Shown: in pieces, positions 12,041 to 25,180 of the stretch
Layout of the letters: every line of letters begins with the position of its first letter
Position numbering within the stretch: the first letter of the stretch is position 1
Assembly (NCBI GenBank): GCA_038087875.1
Contig: CM075989.1
Span: 23,128,001-23,192,000, forward strand
DNA length: 64,000 nucleotides
Direction: 5' to 3'
DNA from: Malacoraja senta
Taxonomy: Eukaryota
Made by a program: the position numbers and the translations under genes
The notes under the pieces: generated by a model
The model's database searches: none
What the model was told of the DNA's origin: nothing
The model's input: only the letters and a program-made list of their open reading frames with translations

Positions 12041-14015
12041 GATTTCCACCAAATCACAGTGGCAGGCGGTGATTTAACTGTCTCACAGCGGCACAGAACC
12101 AGGCGCGATCCTGACTACGTTTTCTGTCTGTACGGAGTTTGTAAGTTCTCCCGTGACCGCGTGATATTTCTCTGGATGTTCCAGTTTCCTCCACATTCTA
12201 AAGACGTACAGGTTTGTAGGTTAATTTGGCTTCTGTATAAACTTTCCCCAGTGTGTAGGGTAGAGCCAATATTCTGTCATGAAACATAATCAGCCCGAAC
12301 CAATTGTGCAATAGGAACGTCCTGGATGTGCCTACGAGTTTAGACTTTAGAGATCCAGCGCGGAAACAGGCCCCTTGGCCCACTGAGTCCATGCTGACCA
12401 GCGATCCCTACTGCAGCAACACCACCACTATCCTACACACACTTGGGTCGATTTACCATTTTACAGAAGCCAATTAATCTCCAGAATTGTACATCTTTGG
12501 AGTGTGGGAGGAAACTGGAGCACCCGTAGAAAACCCACGCGGTCACAGAGAGAACGTGCAAACTCTGTCCCTACAGCACCCGCAGCCAGGATCGAACCTG
12601 GGTCTGTGGCGCAGGAAGGCAGCAACTCTACCGCTGCGCTACAGTGCTGCCACTGAGGATTTATTAAATCTGTGGTGGGTGGATACAGATGTATCATTGT
12701 CGTAAGTGCTAGTCTAATCCAGGCATTAGGTCCCTTGGGGAGACTGGGTGCTGGGTTGGCTCAGCAGGTCAGGCAGCATCTCTGGCGAACATGGGTAAGA
12801 GTCATTTAGGGTAGAGACCTTTTCTCCAGACTTGATTCTCCTTGGATTAGTCAACAGGATGTTGCTCAAGGGAGCAGGAAGAGGGGGAGGTGTGATGTAT
12901 GTGGGGAAATTACAGTGCAAATACTCCTCTCAGCCGATACTTTCCAATGACTGGGATGGGAGTCAGGGCTCGATCCATGAGAATCTGTTACTCACCAGAG
13001 AAACGTAAGCAACCTCAGCCTGTCTCAGTGGATCGAGGCCTCTGATACAACGATGTGTTGGAAGCAACTGCAGGTGCTGCTTTACACCAAAGATAGACAC
13101 AAAGTGCTGGAATATCTCTGTGGGTCAGGCAGCATCTCTGGAGAAAATGGATGGGCGGAGTGGAAGGGTCCCAACAAAACACATCACCTACCCCTTTTTT
13201 CCAGAGATGCTGCCTGACCCGCTGAGTTACTCCAGCACTCTGTGACTATCTTTGGTGGACTGAAAGGCCCGTTTCCATATTATATCTCTAAACTAAATTG
13301 AGCTACATAATTGACTATCGACAGACACAAAATGCTGGAGTAAATCAGAGGGTCAGGCAGCATCTCTGGGGAAAAGGAACAGGTGAGGTTTCGGGTCGAG
13401 ACTCTTCAGACCCGAAAGGTCTATATATCTCCAGACCTTTGTTGCCTCTAGAATCTCACATGCAGTTCTAAGAGACAATCACCCAGCATCATTAACATTG
13501 CTTTTGCAAGTATAGAATAACCTTACAGAGGGCAATGGCAGGAAACCCAGGCTTCATTCCAGAGCATTAGAGTAATACTGCAACCATCAACGATACTGCT
13601 GGGATCAGTTGCTGTGTCCATTATACAAAACTTGGAATTATTTTTAGCTGAAATTGTTCTTTTAAAACTGAAAGGAATCATGGGTTGCTTGACATAATTA
13701 ACTTTGATTGATACTTTGTAGACAGGATTTTCCCACTCTAATCTGCAGAGATTATCCCTGCAGGAGCCTTACTGGCATTGTTTGGTGGACTTGTAACACC
13801 ATTTTAGCTCTTCACGGGTGTATCGCTGTCTGCCTGTGCTGAGTATATGTTGGTCTGTCGGCTGACCTAGTTCACCCCTTTCTCACATTGTGTGGCTTTA
13901 GTTTTTTGAACAGGAGACTAATGGACATGGCCTCCAAGTGACTGCAACGTTACCTTCCAACACTTTACGAGTCTGGAACAAGTGAGCGAGAGGAAGGAGG
14001 GGTCGGTTTGTTGAA

Positions 14016-14481
14016 ATGTTCTTCAACTGGGTGCATTCGTCGAGCTGTCCAGATGGCGAGGCCTTGGTGGAAGAGGATAACGAGTCGGGTGATAATTGGG
14101 TCGATGAGGAAACGACTCAGACATGTCCACGACAAAAAGCCTGTCCAGATGGCGAGGCCATGGTTGTCGAAAGGGATACACAGCATCTCACGCATGCAGC
14201 GCCATGGGCCGAAGGGCCAAAGCCCATTGATGACGCAGCTTTGAAAACCATTAAGGAGTCCGACATGGGGTCAGCGGGACCCGAAGAGGCAGAACAAACG
14301 AAAGTGGACAAAGTTGGAAGGTTGTGCAAAGCCGTCAGGTTCCAGCTGCCGCCCAACACACTACGGGCTTCAGGTGCCGATGACTCACTGGCTCCATTCT
14401 TTGAGATTGACGGTTTTGGAAAGTGTTGTGTCGGCACTTGTGTGAATACTTGTCACTCCCAGAGCTGGATTAGCATCACAG
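14016..14481 (+). CDS. fkbp16: FKBP8/FKBP38-like prolyl isomerase (fkbp16-like), first coding exon: acidic low-complexity N-terminus ending ...HSQSWISIT
   Basis: The ORF from gaaATG at 14016 reads to WISIT-G|gcaagt. Phase 1 joins the next exon as GAC (WISITDNWLLQK), matching FKBP8 WLDILGNGLLRK. A likely acceptor ttttttgaacag lies at 13902-13913. The start codon is inferred, and fkbp16 versus FKBP8 rests on recalled similarity. Confidence 0.75.
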
Positions 14482-15025
14482 GCAAGTACTGACCCCTTGA
14501 TCTGTTGAGTGGGTAATTTGGCGTTCATCTCCATTTTAAGCTAGAAATGGCCATTTTCTAAAGCTGTAAACTGTACATAAACATCTGGATCCAAATGCAC
14601 AAATTAAATCAGCCAATTGTTTAAATGTTAAAAATTATATTGAAAAAGGAAAGCCTGGGATAACATTTTAAATCACAAGTGATTAAAGATGTTCTCTTAC
14701 CATAGTTTACAATGTTTAACAAAAGTATAATTTCTTCATTTTTCAAATGATTATTTTATTTCTCTGGAACCCTGACAAATAGATAAAGCATTTGGTCATT
14801 TTAATTGTTAGCAGGAAGCATTGAAAGTTCTCCAATGCAGGAGTAAACACACATTTTCAATGGTGAATAACATTTTCCATGAGATAATTTTGAAACAGAC
14901 ATTTTCTTTAATTACTAGCCAATTATATTTGTGTGACTTCATTTCCCTGCAATCTGGTTACAGGATTTTTAAATCAGTATTTGTTAAGTTGCACGGCTCA
15001 CAATTTTGCCATTAAATATGGTAAA

Positions 15026-15288
15026 GGGCGGCACAGTGGCGCAGCGGTAGAGTTGCTGCCTCACAGCGCCAGAAACCGGGGTTCCATCCTGACTACGGGT
15101 GCTGTCTGTACGGAGTTTGTATGTTCTCCCCGTGACCACGCAGGTGCTCCGGTTTCCTCCCACACTCCAAAGACGTGCAGGTTAATTGGCATGTGTAAAA
15201 TTGTGCGAGTGTGCGGGGTGATCGTGGGTCGGCACGGACTCGATGGGCCGAAGGGACTGTTTCCACGTTGTATCTCTAAAGTCTAAAC
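15026..15288 (+). mobile_element. HE1-type tRNA-derived SINE (V-SINE), representative of the most abundant repeat
   Basis: A box TGGCGCAGCGG, a B-box-like GGTTCCATCC, the V-domain-like ...CCGGTTTCCTCCCACACTCCAAAGAC and the LINE-type tail GGGCCGAAGGG...TGTATCTCTAAA. Confidence 0.9.
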
Positions 15289-16796
15289 ATAATTTTTAAA
15301 TGTACAGATTCCAAACAGCAGTGACAGTTGTAGAGTTAGTACAAGATTACCTTATGACTGAGAGTGGGGATTAATTTACAGGTTATAGTGTCATAAAAAG
15401 GTACTGCGGATGCTGGTTTATACCGAAGATAGACACATCTGATCACTGAGTTACTCCAGCATTTAGTGTTTCTCTTAGGTTAAGGTGTCACTTTGGCCAA
15501 ATGTGCTGTTGCACGCAGCCAGAACTACCAGCAGAAAGGGTGATACATTGCTCCTGCACTCAGGGCTTGCTGATGAAGAAGAAGCATTAGTCTCAGGACA
15601 ACTACAAGCTAGAAGGCTAATCTGCTCTACGATTTTACCCACCTGTTTTTTCTATCTTTCAAAACCGGAGTACCCGGGGAAAACCCACGCGGTTACAAAC
15701 TCCGTACAGACAGCACCCATAGTCAGGATCGAACCCGGGTCTCTCCAGCAACTCTACCGCTGCACTACTGTGCCGCACTCAATTAAAAAAAAAAAGTTTC
15801 TGCCGAATTAGAAACATTTTTACCTCCACATGGAATTTTTAAAACTACTTTTGAACATGAAAGTTGGAGACGAACCATTGAGTTTTGACAGCCGGTTCAG
15901 CCTGTGGGCGTTGCTAAAAGGGCTGCCAAAGCACTCTATGGAATTTATGGTTAGACGCCGTTCTTTGGCCCAAGTCTCACCGATTGCAATGGAGCCCATT
16001 TTGTTCAGGAGGTTCTCGGTGAAGATCCAATAAAAGCTGGAACAAAACTTTTCAATCACTATTTTCAGTTTTTTTTGTAAATTGGGTAAAACCCTGGCAT
16101 AGTGGTAGAGAGTGGCAGCATGGTGGTGCAGCGGTAGAGTTGCTGCCTTACAGCGCCAGAGACTTGGGTTCAATCCTGACTATGGGCGCTGTCTGTACGG
16201 AGTTTGTACGATCTCCCTGTGACTGCGTTGGTTTCCTCCGGGTGCTCCGGTTTCCTCCCACACTCCAAAGACGTGCAGATTTGTAGGTTAATTGACTTCC
16301 CTAGTGTGTGTGTAGGATAGAGCTAGTGTATGGGTGATCGCTGGTCGGCACGGACTCAGTCTACCCACGGGCCTGTTTCGGCAATGTATCTCTAAACTAA
16401 AAAGAGTTGAAAGGGGAGCCTTTAATGACTTCAGAGTCCCGTGTAACCCTGTCCACCAGCTAAGTAGTTTAAAAGTGGCCGATGCTTTTATGTAGGGGAT
16501 TGCCACATCTAGTCAGCTCACAGGGGCCTCTATAGTCAGCAAATGCTGGACAATCTGTTTTATATAACTGGTGTTTTACAAGTTTACAGATCATTACTTG
16601 GAGATTTTGACAACGTATTTTTAAAATTATTTTCAAAGTCACGAGTATGCAGCTGTTAATATTCTGGATAGTTACGCTTCAAGATGCGTCCGCTTGGGAA
16701 CAACTATGTTGCTTTTGTGAAGATAGACACCAAGTGCTGGAGTAACTCAGCGGGAGAGAATGATTGGGTCTCGTTTCAGGTCGGGACCCTTCTTCA

Positions 16797-17180
16797 ATAG
16801 ACAATAGACAACAGACAATAGGTGCAGGAGTAGGCCATTTGGCCCTTCGAGCCAACACCGCCATTCAATGTGATCATGGCTGATCATCCCCAATCAGTAC
16901 CCCGTTCCTGCCTTCTCCCCATATTCCCTGACTCCGCTATTTTTAAGAGCCCTATCCAGCTCTCTCTTGAAAGCATCCAGAGAACCTGCCTCCACCGTCC
17001 TCTGAGGCAGAGATTTCCACAGACTCACCACTCTCTGTGAGAAAAGGTTTTCCTTGTCTACGTTCTAAATGTCTTACTCCTTATTCTTAAACTGTGGCCC
17101 CTGGTTCTGGACTCCCCCAACATCGGGAACATGTTTCCTGCCTCTAGCGTGTCCAAGCCCTTAACAATCTTATATGTTTC
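16797..17180 (-). mobile_element. CR1 3' fragment with (CTATTGT)n tail (second subfamily; others at ~49730-49965, ~50779-51088, ~53383-53775)
   Basis: ETYKIVKGLDTLEAGNMFPMLGESRTRGHSLRIR plus the conserved 3' UTR. Confidence 0.85.
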
Positions 17181-17401
17181 GTCTGAAGAAGGGTCCCGAC
17201 CCAAAATGTCACAGATCCTCGCATGTGCTTTGTGCCTATCTTTGGCAGTAATCAGCATCTACAGTTGTATTGTCAGGCAACCTGCAGTATGATTGGGTTA
17301 GCCAGTCAAGTTTGGTTTCCTCAATACCTACTTCACTTTAGTAGGGGCGACTGCATCCGAAACAGATGCCAATTAACCATTCCATCATCTTCACTTTTCA
17401 G

Positions 17402-17571
17402 ACAATTGGCTTCTTCAGAAACAAATACTGAAGGAAGGGCAAGGGGAGGAGACCAGACCTACCTTTGGCCAAGAGGTCACCATGAAGCTGCTGGGAGTTC
17501 TGGAAGATGGAACCATCATAGACAGGGACCCAAAGTTAACATTCCGCCTCGGTGATGGTGATGTGATTAAG
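17402..17571 (+). CDS. fkbp16: fkbp16-like exon, first part of FKBP-type PPIase domain (NWLLQKQILKEGQGEETRPTFGQEVTMKLLGVLEDGTIIDRDPKLTFRLGDGDVIK)
   Basis: Acceptor cacttttcag| and donor AAG|gtcagt flank a 170-nt exon, phase 1 to 0. The peptide aligns by eye with FKBP8 NGLLRKK...[20 protein letters not shown]...PELVFTLGDCDVIQ. Confidence 0.9.
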
Positions 17572-19344
17572 GTCAGTCTTATTTCTATTCAATCACATTA
17601 TTCCGATTTTATAGTGTCATAGAGTCATATACAGCATGGGAACAGGCCCTTCGGCCCAACTTGCCCACGCCGACCAAGATGTCCCATCTACACTAGTCCC
17701 ACCTGCTTGGCTTTGGCCCAGATTCCTCCAAACCTGTCCTATCCATGTACCTGTCTAAATGTTTCTTAAACGTTTCAATAGTATCTGCCTTAACTACCTC
17801 CTCCAGCAGCTCGTTCCATACACCCACCACCCTCTGAGTTACCCCTCAGGCTCCTATCAAATCTTTCCTCTGTTTTTTGATTCCTCGATTCAGGGTGAAA
17901 GACTCTGTCAATCTATCCTTTCCATTCCCCTCAAGATGACATACAAGATCACCTCTCAGCCTCCTGCGCTCCAAGGAATAAAGTCCTCTTCTGCCCAACC
18001 TCTCCCTATAGCTCAGGTCCTCATGTCCTGGCAACATCCTCGTAGATCATTTATTGGTATGCTTGCAACTACATTGTCAGATCCATTCAATTATATCCAT
18101 GTTACACCTGATTTAAAAATAAAAAATGAGGAACATCTAAACAAAACCTAGAAACCAGAATTCCACATAAATTCCACAGTAGACTCTGAAGCGGAATGAG
18201 AATTAATATTTTTTGAAGGATGTGTTATAGGGTCCTTATTTCAAACATTTTATTTCTATTTATATGCTCATTATCCATTTATAAAATTTGCATCTTCATG
18301 GAAATGGAACTTAATAAATAGATCTGAGTTGAAATTCTCTTTTGTTCTCTATTCTACATTTATCACCAATTGTTTATCCATCATTTGGAATTCCAGGAAC
18401 AGTCGGTTCTTGGAAGTGAAGGCTTCCTTGAGGGTGACTTCTATGTTTGAACATAATACCAGTTTATAGGACTTGGTAAGGATCTGAAACTGTGATGAAA
18501 ATCAAAAACAAACAAAGAGATCAAGATATGACAAGTTTCATATTTGCAAGACAAACAAAAGCATTTGCATAGCATTTAAAGAATGGAAATTGGCCATTGG
18601 GTGCAACAGGTATGCATTGTCTTTGTATTCCAGTCAAACCATACCTGCCCCACCTTATCACAGAGAGCATAGAACAGTACAGGAACAGGCCCTTCGGCCC
18701 ACAATGTCTGTGCCGAACATGATGCCGTCAAACTGATCTCATCTCTCTGTACATGATCTATATCCCTCCATTTCCTGCACTATCCTACACACTATTGTCT
18801 TTATGTATGGCAAGAATCACACTAATCTTCATGCAAGAACATTTATTTCACTTTGCCTTTAGTACACGTGACAATATACGAACTATTGAATTATTGAACA
18901 CTCGGGACAATTTACAATTTACAGAAGCCAATTAACCTATAAACCTGCACTTCTTTGGAGTGTGGAAGGATACCAGAGCACCCGGAAAAAACCCACGCAG
19001 TCACAGGGAGAACGTACAAACTCCGTACAGACAGCACCCGTAGTCAGGACTGATGGCAGGTCTCTGGCGCTGTGAGGCAGCAACTCTACCGCTGCTCCAC
19101 CATGCCGCCACCAAATGATAGGTTTGTAGCCCATCCCTGTCCCAACCTGAGAAATGTTTACACTTTCAAATGCTTGAATGGTCTCACATAAAAACACAGA
19201 AAATAGGTGCAGGAGTAGGCCATTCGGCCCTTCGAGCCATCACCACCATTCAATACGATCATGGCTGATCATCCTAAATCAGTGCCCCGTTCCTGCTTTC
19301 TCCCCATATCCCTTGATTCCGTTAGCCCAAAGAGCTATATCTAA

Positions 19345-19925
19345 AGGGCCTGTCCCACTTACGTGCCCTTGGCACGCAAATTACGCGACCTCGTGGTCGC
19401 GTTGAGCCGCGACGGTCCCGCGAAGGTCGCTCGCGATTTCATGCGTACGCACAGCCGTCTATAAAAGAAGGGTCTTGACCCGAAACGTCACCCATTGCTT
19501 CTCTCCAGAGATGCTGCCGGTCCCCCTGAGTTACTCCAGCATTTTGTGTCTATCTTCAATTTTCTTGGCCCCGCTCTGGGAGTAGAAGTGGGGGCGGATC
19601 CAGATCCGCAACGGCCGTGAGCCCCAGGCCGAGCTCGGCGATCGTTTGCCTGCTTCTGCTGCTGCTGGAGGTCAGACGTTGCGCCGCGCCAGGGTCTTGG
19701 GCCTGTCCCACTTTGGCCGTCAGTTACGCGACAGGCCGTTGGCGCGCGAAGATTTTGTTCGCTACAAAGATTTTGGAGCCCCGCGCGATGTCGCGCACAT
19801 ATTCATACCCCTCCGCGCTTCTAAGTGGGACGGGCCCCGTGCGGCCACACGATGCCCGTGCGCCTCAACACGACCACGAGGTCGCATAATTTGCGTGCCA
19901 AGTACACGTAAGTGGGACAGGCCCT
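19345..19925. mobile_element. PIF/Harbinger-like MITE
   Basis: TIR AGGGCCTGTCCCACTTACGTG / CACGTAAGTGGGACAGGCCCT with a 3-bp TSD TAA. It interrupts a CR1 fragment and contains internal TIR-like copies and a Penelope-derived insert. Confidence 0.85.
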
Positions 19926-20304
19926 TAACTCTCTCTTGAATACATACAGTGAATTGGCCTCCACTGTCTTCGGTGGCAGAGAATTCCACAGATTCACAAC
20001 TCCCACATCATGTTACATCACCACTTTGCCTGCACATACAAGTTAATGCATGGGAGCTATCTTCAATTTTTAAAATGCACATTTTGAAGATGTTTTTCCT
20101 TCTTCAGAGTTCTTCTTGAAGGATAATTCCATTGATAAGTAAGAAGATCTAACAGCCAATTTGCACTGGCAATACCCAATATTCAGGAAGAAGATATCGG
20201 TGCTTGAAAACAAAGTCCAGGTTCAGGAACAGTTTCTTCCCTACAGTGATCAGACCGCTAAACAGTACAACCTCCAAATAAGCTCTCAACTACACGGGGC
20301 ATTG

Positions 20305-20610
20305 GTTTAGTTTAGTTTAGAGATTCAGTGTGGAAACAGGCCCTTCGGCCCACTGAGTCTGCGCCGACCAGCGATCCCCGCACACTAACACTATCCTACA
20401 CACACAATTTACAATTTTACTAAGCCAATTAACCCACAAATCTGCACGTCTTTGGAGTGTGGGAGGAAACCGGAGCATCTGGAGAAAACCCACGCAGGTC
20501 ACGGGGAGAAACGTACAAACACCATACAGACAGCACCCATAGTCAGAATCGAACATGGGTCTCTGGCGCTGTGAGGCAGCAACTCTACCGCTGCGCCACC
20601 GTGCCGCCCT
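20305..20610 (-). mobile_element. HE1-type SINE, near full length (others include 2132-2410, 8433-8730, 23980-24292, 40106-40424, 50356-50650, 63256-63558)
   Basis: Same head, body and tail as above, with a (CTAAA)n tail. Confidence 0.9.
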
Positions 20611-22685
20611 AACTGTGCCGGTTACAACATTTTACAAAATTATTAGATTTTTACAGGGTACAGATTCTGTTGTGCTGTTGCAAGTAAGAAGGACATTGTT
20701 CTGTTTGGGACAATAGAAACACTCTGGAAGAAACTGCAGCAATGTAAATGACCAGTTTGTTTCTGCTGATGCTGACACAGGATATTCTATGAATGCTCGC
20801 CCTGTGGATTTTTTTTGCATTCAAATGAAAAGCAGGAAGAATCCTGCTGAATATTTTATCCCAAAAATAGCACCTAACATTCCTCAAATATTTTAATGCT
20901 GCTCTGAGATGCCAGTCAAATCTTGTGGTGCAGCGCCAGAGGCCCGGGTTCGATCCTGACTACGGGTGCTGTCTGTACGGAGTTTGCGCGTTCTCCTAGT
21001 GACCTGCGTGGGTTTTCTCCAGGTGCCCCGGTTTCCTCCCACATTCCAAAGACGTTCAGGTTTGTAGATGAATTGGCTTCGGGAAAATTGTCCCCGGTGT
21101 GATTGTTGGCTGGCGCGGAATCAGTGGGCCTCGGGTCCTGTTTCCATTCTGTATCTCTGAACTAAGTATCAAAAGTCCTACACATGCCTAAATAAACATC
21201 AGTCTCAAGACGGGTATCGGCCCAAAATGTCATCTGCCCCTGGACAACATGCATAGAGTCACAGACTATGATTCCTCCATGTCCACGTTCTCCAGAGAAG
21301 ATGCCTGACCCGCTCAGTTACTCCAGCAGCGCAGCGATAGAGTTGCTGCCTTATAGCACCTGCAGCAAAGGAGACCCGGGTTCGATCCCGACTACGGGCG
21401 CTGTCTGCACGGAGTTTTACGTTCTCCCCGTGACCTGCCTGGGTTTTCTCCGAGATCTTCAGTTTCCTCCCACACTCCAAAGACATACAGGCATGTAGGT
21501 TAATTGTCTTGGTGTATGTGTAAATTGTCCCTAGTGTGTGTAGGATAGTGTAACTTTACTCGAGGTGTTTTAATAAAACTGGAGGGAGATGTACTCAGCA
21601 ACTCCTTTGTTTTCACAAAGGAGGAAACATTCTGTTGCGTTGCAGGAACTGTTGTTGGTCACAGCCACAGGAAACCTTGAAACAACCTGGCCCCACTGAC
21701 CACTCTGACCAAGGGCCGGCAGTACTGCGACAACACACATTCATTGGCATTCCCAGGGCACAGAATCAATACATCGCGTGCAGAGCCAAGCGGGGCGAGA
21801 TCAACAAGCTCCCTCTCATTGCCACGCTGGCTCTTTCATCTTCCTCTGCCAAGGCCACGTTTAATAAGCACTTTGATTTTTATATCAGCCCAGCTCCTAG
21901 CATCTTTGTTCTCGTGCTCCTTAGACAGTGGGACGTCATTCTAACACCATGAAACTAGAAGCCAAGACCAATGGGCAGCTGGCCAGCCACGTTGAAAATC
22001 ATGAAAGAAAAATAGGCTCAAAACATTCTTTGAAAGGATTTCTTGAATCCCTTTTATCTCATGCATACTTCATAGTTTTATCAACAGTCCTATATCTGAA
22101 TAGTCATAGCACAGACATCTCGCACAACATGCAACTGTTAGGGTGGTACGGTGGCGCAGCTGACCTTAGGTGCTGTCCGTCTGGGGTTTGCACGCTCTCC
22201 CTGTGATTGATTGGGGTTTCTCCGGGTACTCCGGTTTCCTCCCACACCCGGAAGACGTGCGGGTTTGTAGATTAATTGGCTTCTGTAAATTGTCCCTATT
22301 GTGTGCGGAGTGGGAAAGTCCCGGGAAACATCACCCATTCCTTCTCTCTAGAGATGCTGCCTGTCCCGCTGAGGTATCTATCTTCGGTTTAAACCAGTAT
22401 CTGCAGTTCCTTCCTACACATCACTCATACACTGGTTCTATCCTACACACTAGGGACCGTTTACAGAGGCCAATTAACCAACAAACCCGCATATCTTTGG
22501 GACATGGGAGGAAACCGGAGAACCCGGAGGAAACTCACATTGTCCCCCTAGATTCCACCACTTACCGAGAGACTAGGTGCAACTTACAGTGGCCAATTAA
22601 CCAATCAATCTGCAGATCTTTGCAACATGGGAGAAAACTGCAGCAGCCAGGGACATCTTCACAGGTTCAGGGAGAACATGCAAAC

Positions 22686-23090
22686 CAAAGATCCTACAGC
22701 GAGCAAGATAGTCCACTCGACGAAAAAGAGGTAGTACGGTCATGGGCAGATTCATGGGTAATTTTCTGCCCCATTTCCGTAACCGGCTTCTGTCTCTGCA
22801 CCAAAGATCCCATAGGATAATAGTGCGGAGATGGAAGCCGGTTACGGAAACATCCTCATAAAAATAAAAGTTATTTGGTAAAAAATTTCTCCTCATTTTC
22901 AGAATTTTAATTTATTAACACAAACTGTTCCCCCGCTACATTGATTACAATGCGAGTCGGGTTGGGTCGGGTCCGGTCCGGTTACGGAAATGGATGAAAA
23001 AAAGGCCCACCTTCCGTTCAGTTGCGTACTACACGTCAGCCCATTGCATTTAGCAGGAGTGGTCTATCTTGCTCCGCTATAGGATCTTTG
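22686..23090. mobile_element. Non-autonomous DNA transposon with 8-bp TSD (hAT-like)
   Basis: TIR CAAAGATCCTACAGCGAGCAAGATAG / CTATCTTGCTCCGCTATAGGATCTTTG with a perfect TSD ATGCAAAC (22678-22685, 23091-23098). Confidence 0.85.
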
Positions 23091-25180
23091 ATGCAAACTC
23101 CACAGACACAGCACTGGTGGTCAGGATTGAATCCGGTCAATGGAGCTGTGAGGCAGTAACTCCACTCTACCCTCAGTAACACTACAGGCTGTGTCACTAG
23201 GCTGCCATGTTAATTGCCTTAATAAGCAGCAACACCTCCCAAACTACAGGCGTTGCAAACCTCAATGTAGTAAAACTCTTAGTCATGAAGAAAGCCAATC
23301 CGAGTAGAAAGATAAGGTTGTTTTACACATCTTATGAAAATATGGGATTTTCTACCTTGACGTCTACCTTGACCCAGATAGAAGACTGTGTGCACCAGTC
23401 TTCGTCCTTGGTAGAAAACTTGATAGTTTAGTTTCGAGATACAGGGCAGAAACGGGCCCTTCGGCCCACCGGGTCCACACCGACCAGCAATCCCCACACA
23501 CTGACACTATCCAACACACTAGGGATAATTTTTACAATTTTACCGAACCAATTACCCTGCAAACCTGCACGTCTTTGGAGTGTGGGGGGGAAACCGGAGC
23601 ACCCGGAGAAAACCCACATGGTCACGGGGAGAGCGTGCAGACCGCAGATGGTCTTCCATGAAGAGCATCAAGTCTTGATAGAAAAAGTCAAGACTTTCCA
23701 CCTTGACTAAGTCAGGATATCTTGACTTTTCTCTCAACTTCTGCGAATGATTGAAGTTAGACTTATATTAAGTGGAAAAGCCTGGGCAGCTTTGTACCTG
23801 ATGCTATCAATGTTTACTAGATGACAGCAAGAGATGTTGGCAATCCTTATGTAAGTTTTTATTTTACTCCTTTAAACAACATCGATAATCAATTTGACAA
23901 ACATCAAATGCTTTTCCTGAGCCAGGAGTCAACCTGTCACCGCAACAACCTATGGAGAAATAGCTTTTTTGGCGTATTAGTTTAGCTTAGTTCAGAGATA
24001 CAGCGCAGAAACAGGCCCTTTGGCCCACCGAGTCCGCGCCGCCCAGCAATCCCCGCACACTAACACTTTCCCACATACACTAGGAACAATTTACACACAC
24101 ACCAAGCCAATTAACCTACAAACCTGTACGTCTTTGGAGTGTGGGAGGAACGAAGATCTCGGAGAAAACCCACGCAGGTCACGGGGAGAACATACAAACT
24201 CTGTGCAGGCAGCACCCGTAGATGGGATCGAACCCGGGTCTCTGGTGCTGTAAATGCTGCAAAGCAGCAACTCTACCGCTGCGCCACCGTGCCATATGCT
24301 CTGCTACAGTATATGAGGATAGGTTTTGGAATGATATCAATGATATTATGGGAGTTTTATGTTATTTTTTCTGCAGTTATAGAGTCATAGATTTAGTTTA
24401 GTTTATTGTCACGTGTACCGAGCTAAAGTGAAAACCATTTGTTGCGTGTTAACCAATCAACAGAAAGACTATGCATGATTACAATCAAGCCGCCCACAGT
24501 GTACAGATACATGATAAAGGGAATAACCTGTGCGGCATGGTGGCACACCAGTAGAGCTACTGCCTTACAGCGCCAGAGACCCGGGTTTGATCCCGACTAC
24601 GGGCGCTGTCTGCATGGGGTTTGTACGTTCTCCCCGTGACCTGCGTGGATCTTCTCAGGGATCTACATTTTCCTCCCACACTCCAAAGACGTACAGGTTT
24701 GTAGGTTAATTGGCTTGGTATGAATGTAAAATTGTCCCTCGAGTGTGTATGATAGTGTTAGTGTGTGGGGATCTCTGGGCGGTGTGGACTCGGTGGGCCG
24801 AAGGGCCTCTTTGCATGCTGTATCTCTAAACTAAATTGCAAGATAAAGTCCAAGAAATGGCGAGTAAAGATAGTCCGAGGGTCTCCAATGAAGTAGATAA
24901 TAGCTCAGTACCACTCTCTAGTTGGTGAGAGAATGGTTCAGTTGCCTGATACAGCTGGGAAGAAAGTCCCTGAATGGGATGTGTGTTTTCACACTTCTGT
25001 ACCTTTTGCCCGATGGGAGAGGCGAGAAGAGGGAGTGGCCAGGGTGCGACTCGTCCTTGATTATGTTGCTGGCCTTGCCGAGGCAGCGTGAGGTGTAGAT
25101 GGAGTCAATGGAAGGGAGGTTGGTTTATGTGATGGTCTGGGCTGTGCCACGGTGACCAAGTGAGGGGGAAATCCTTCTTG

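Noticed and set aside
13983..13985. Selenocysteine codon
   Set aside because: No Cys-homologous context, no visible SECIS (the 3' UTR is outside the window) and an ATG follows shortly.
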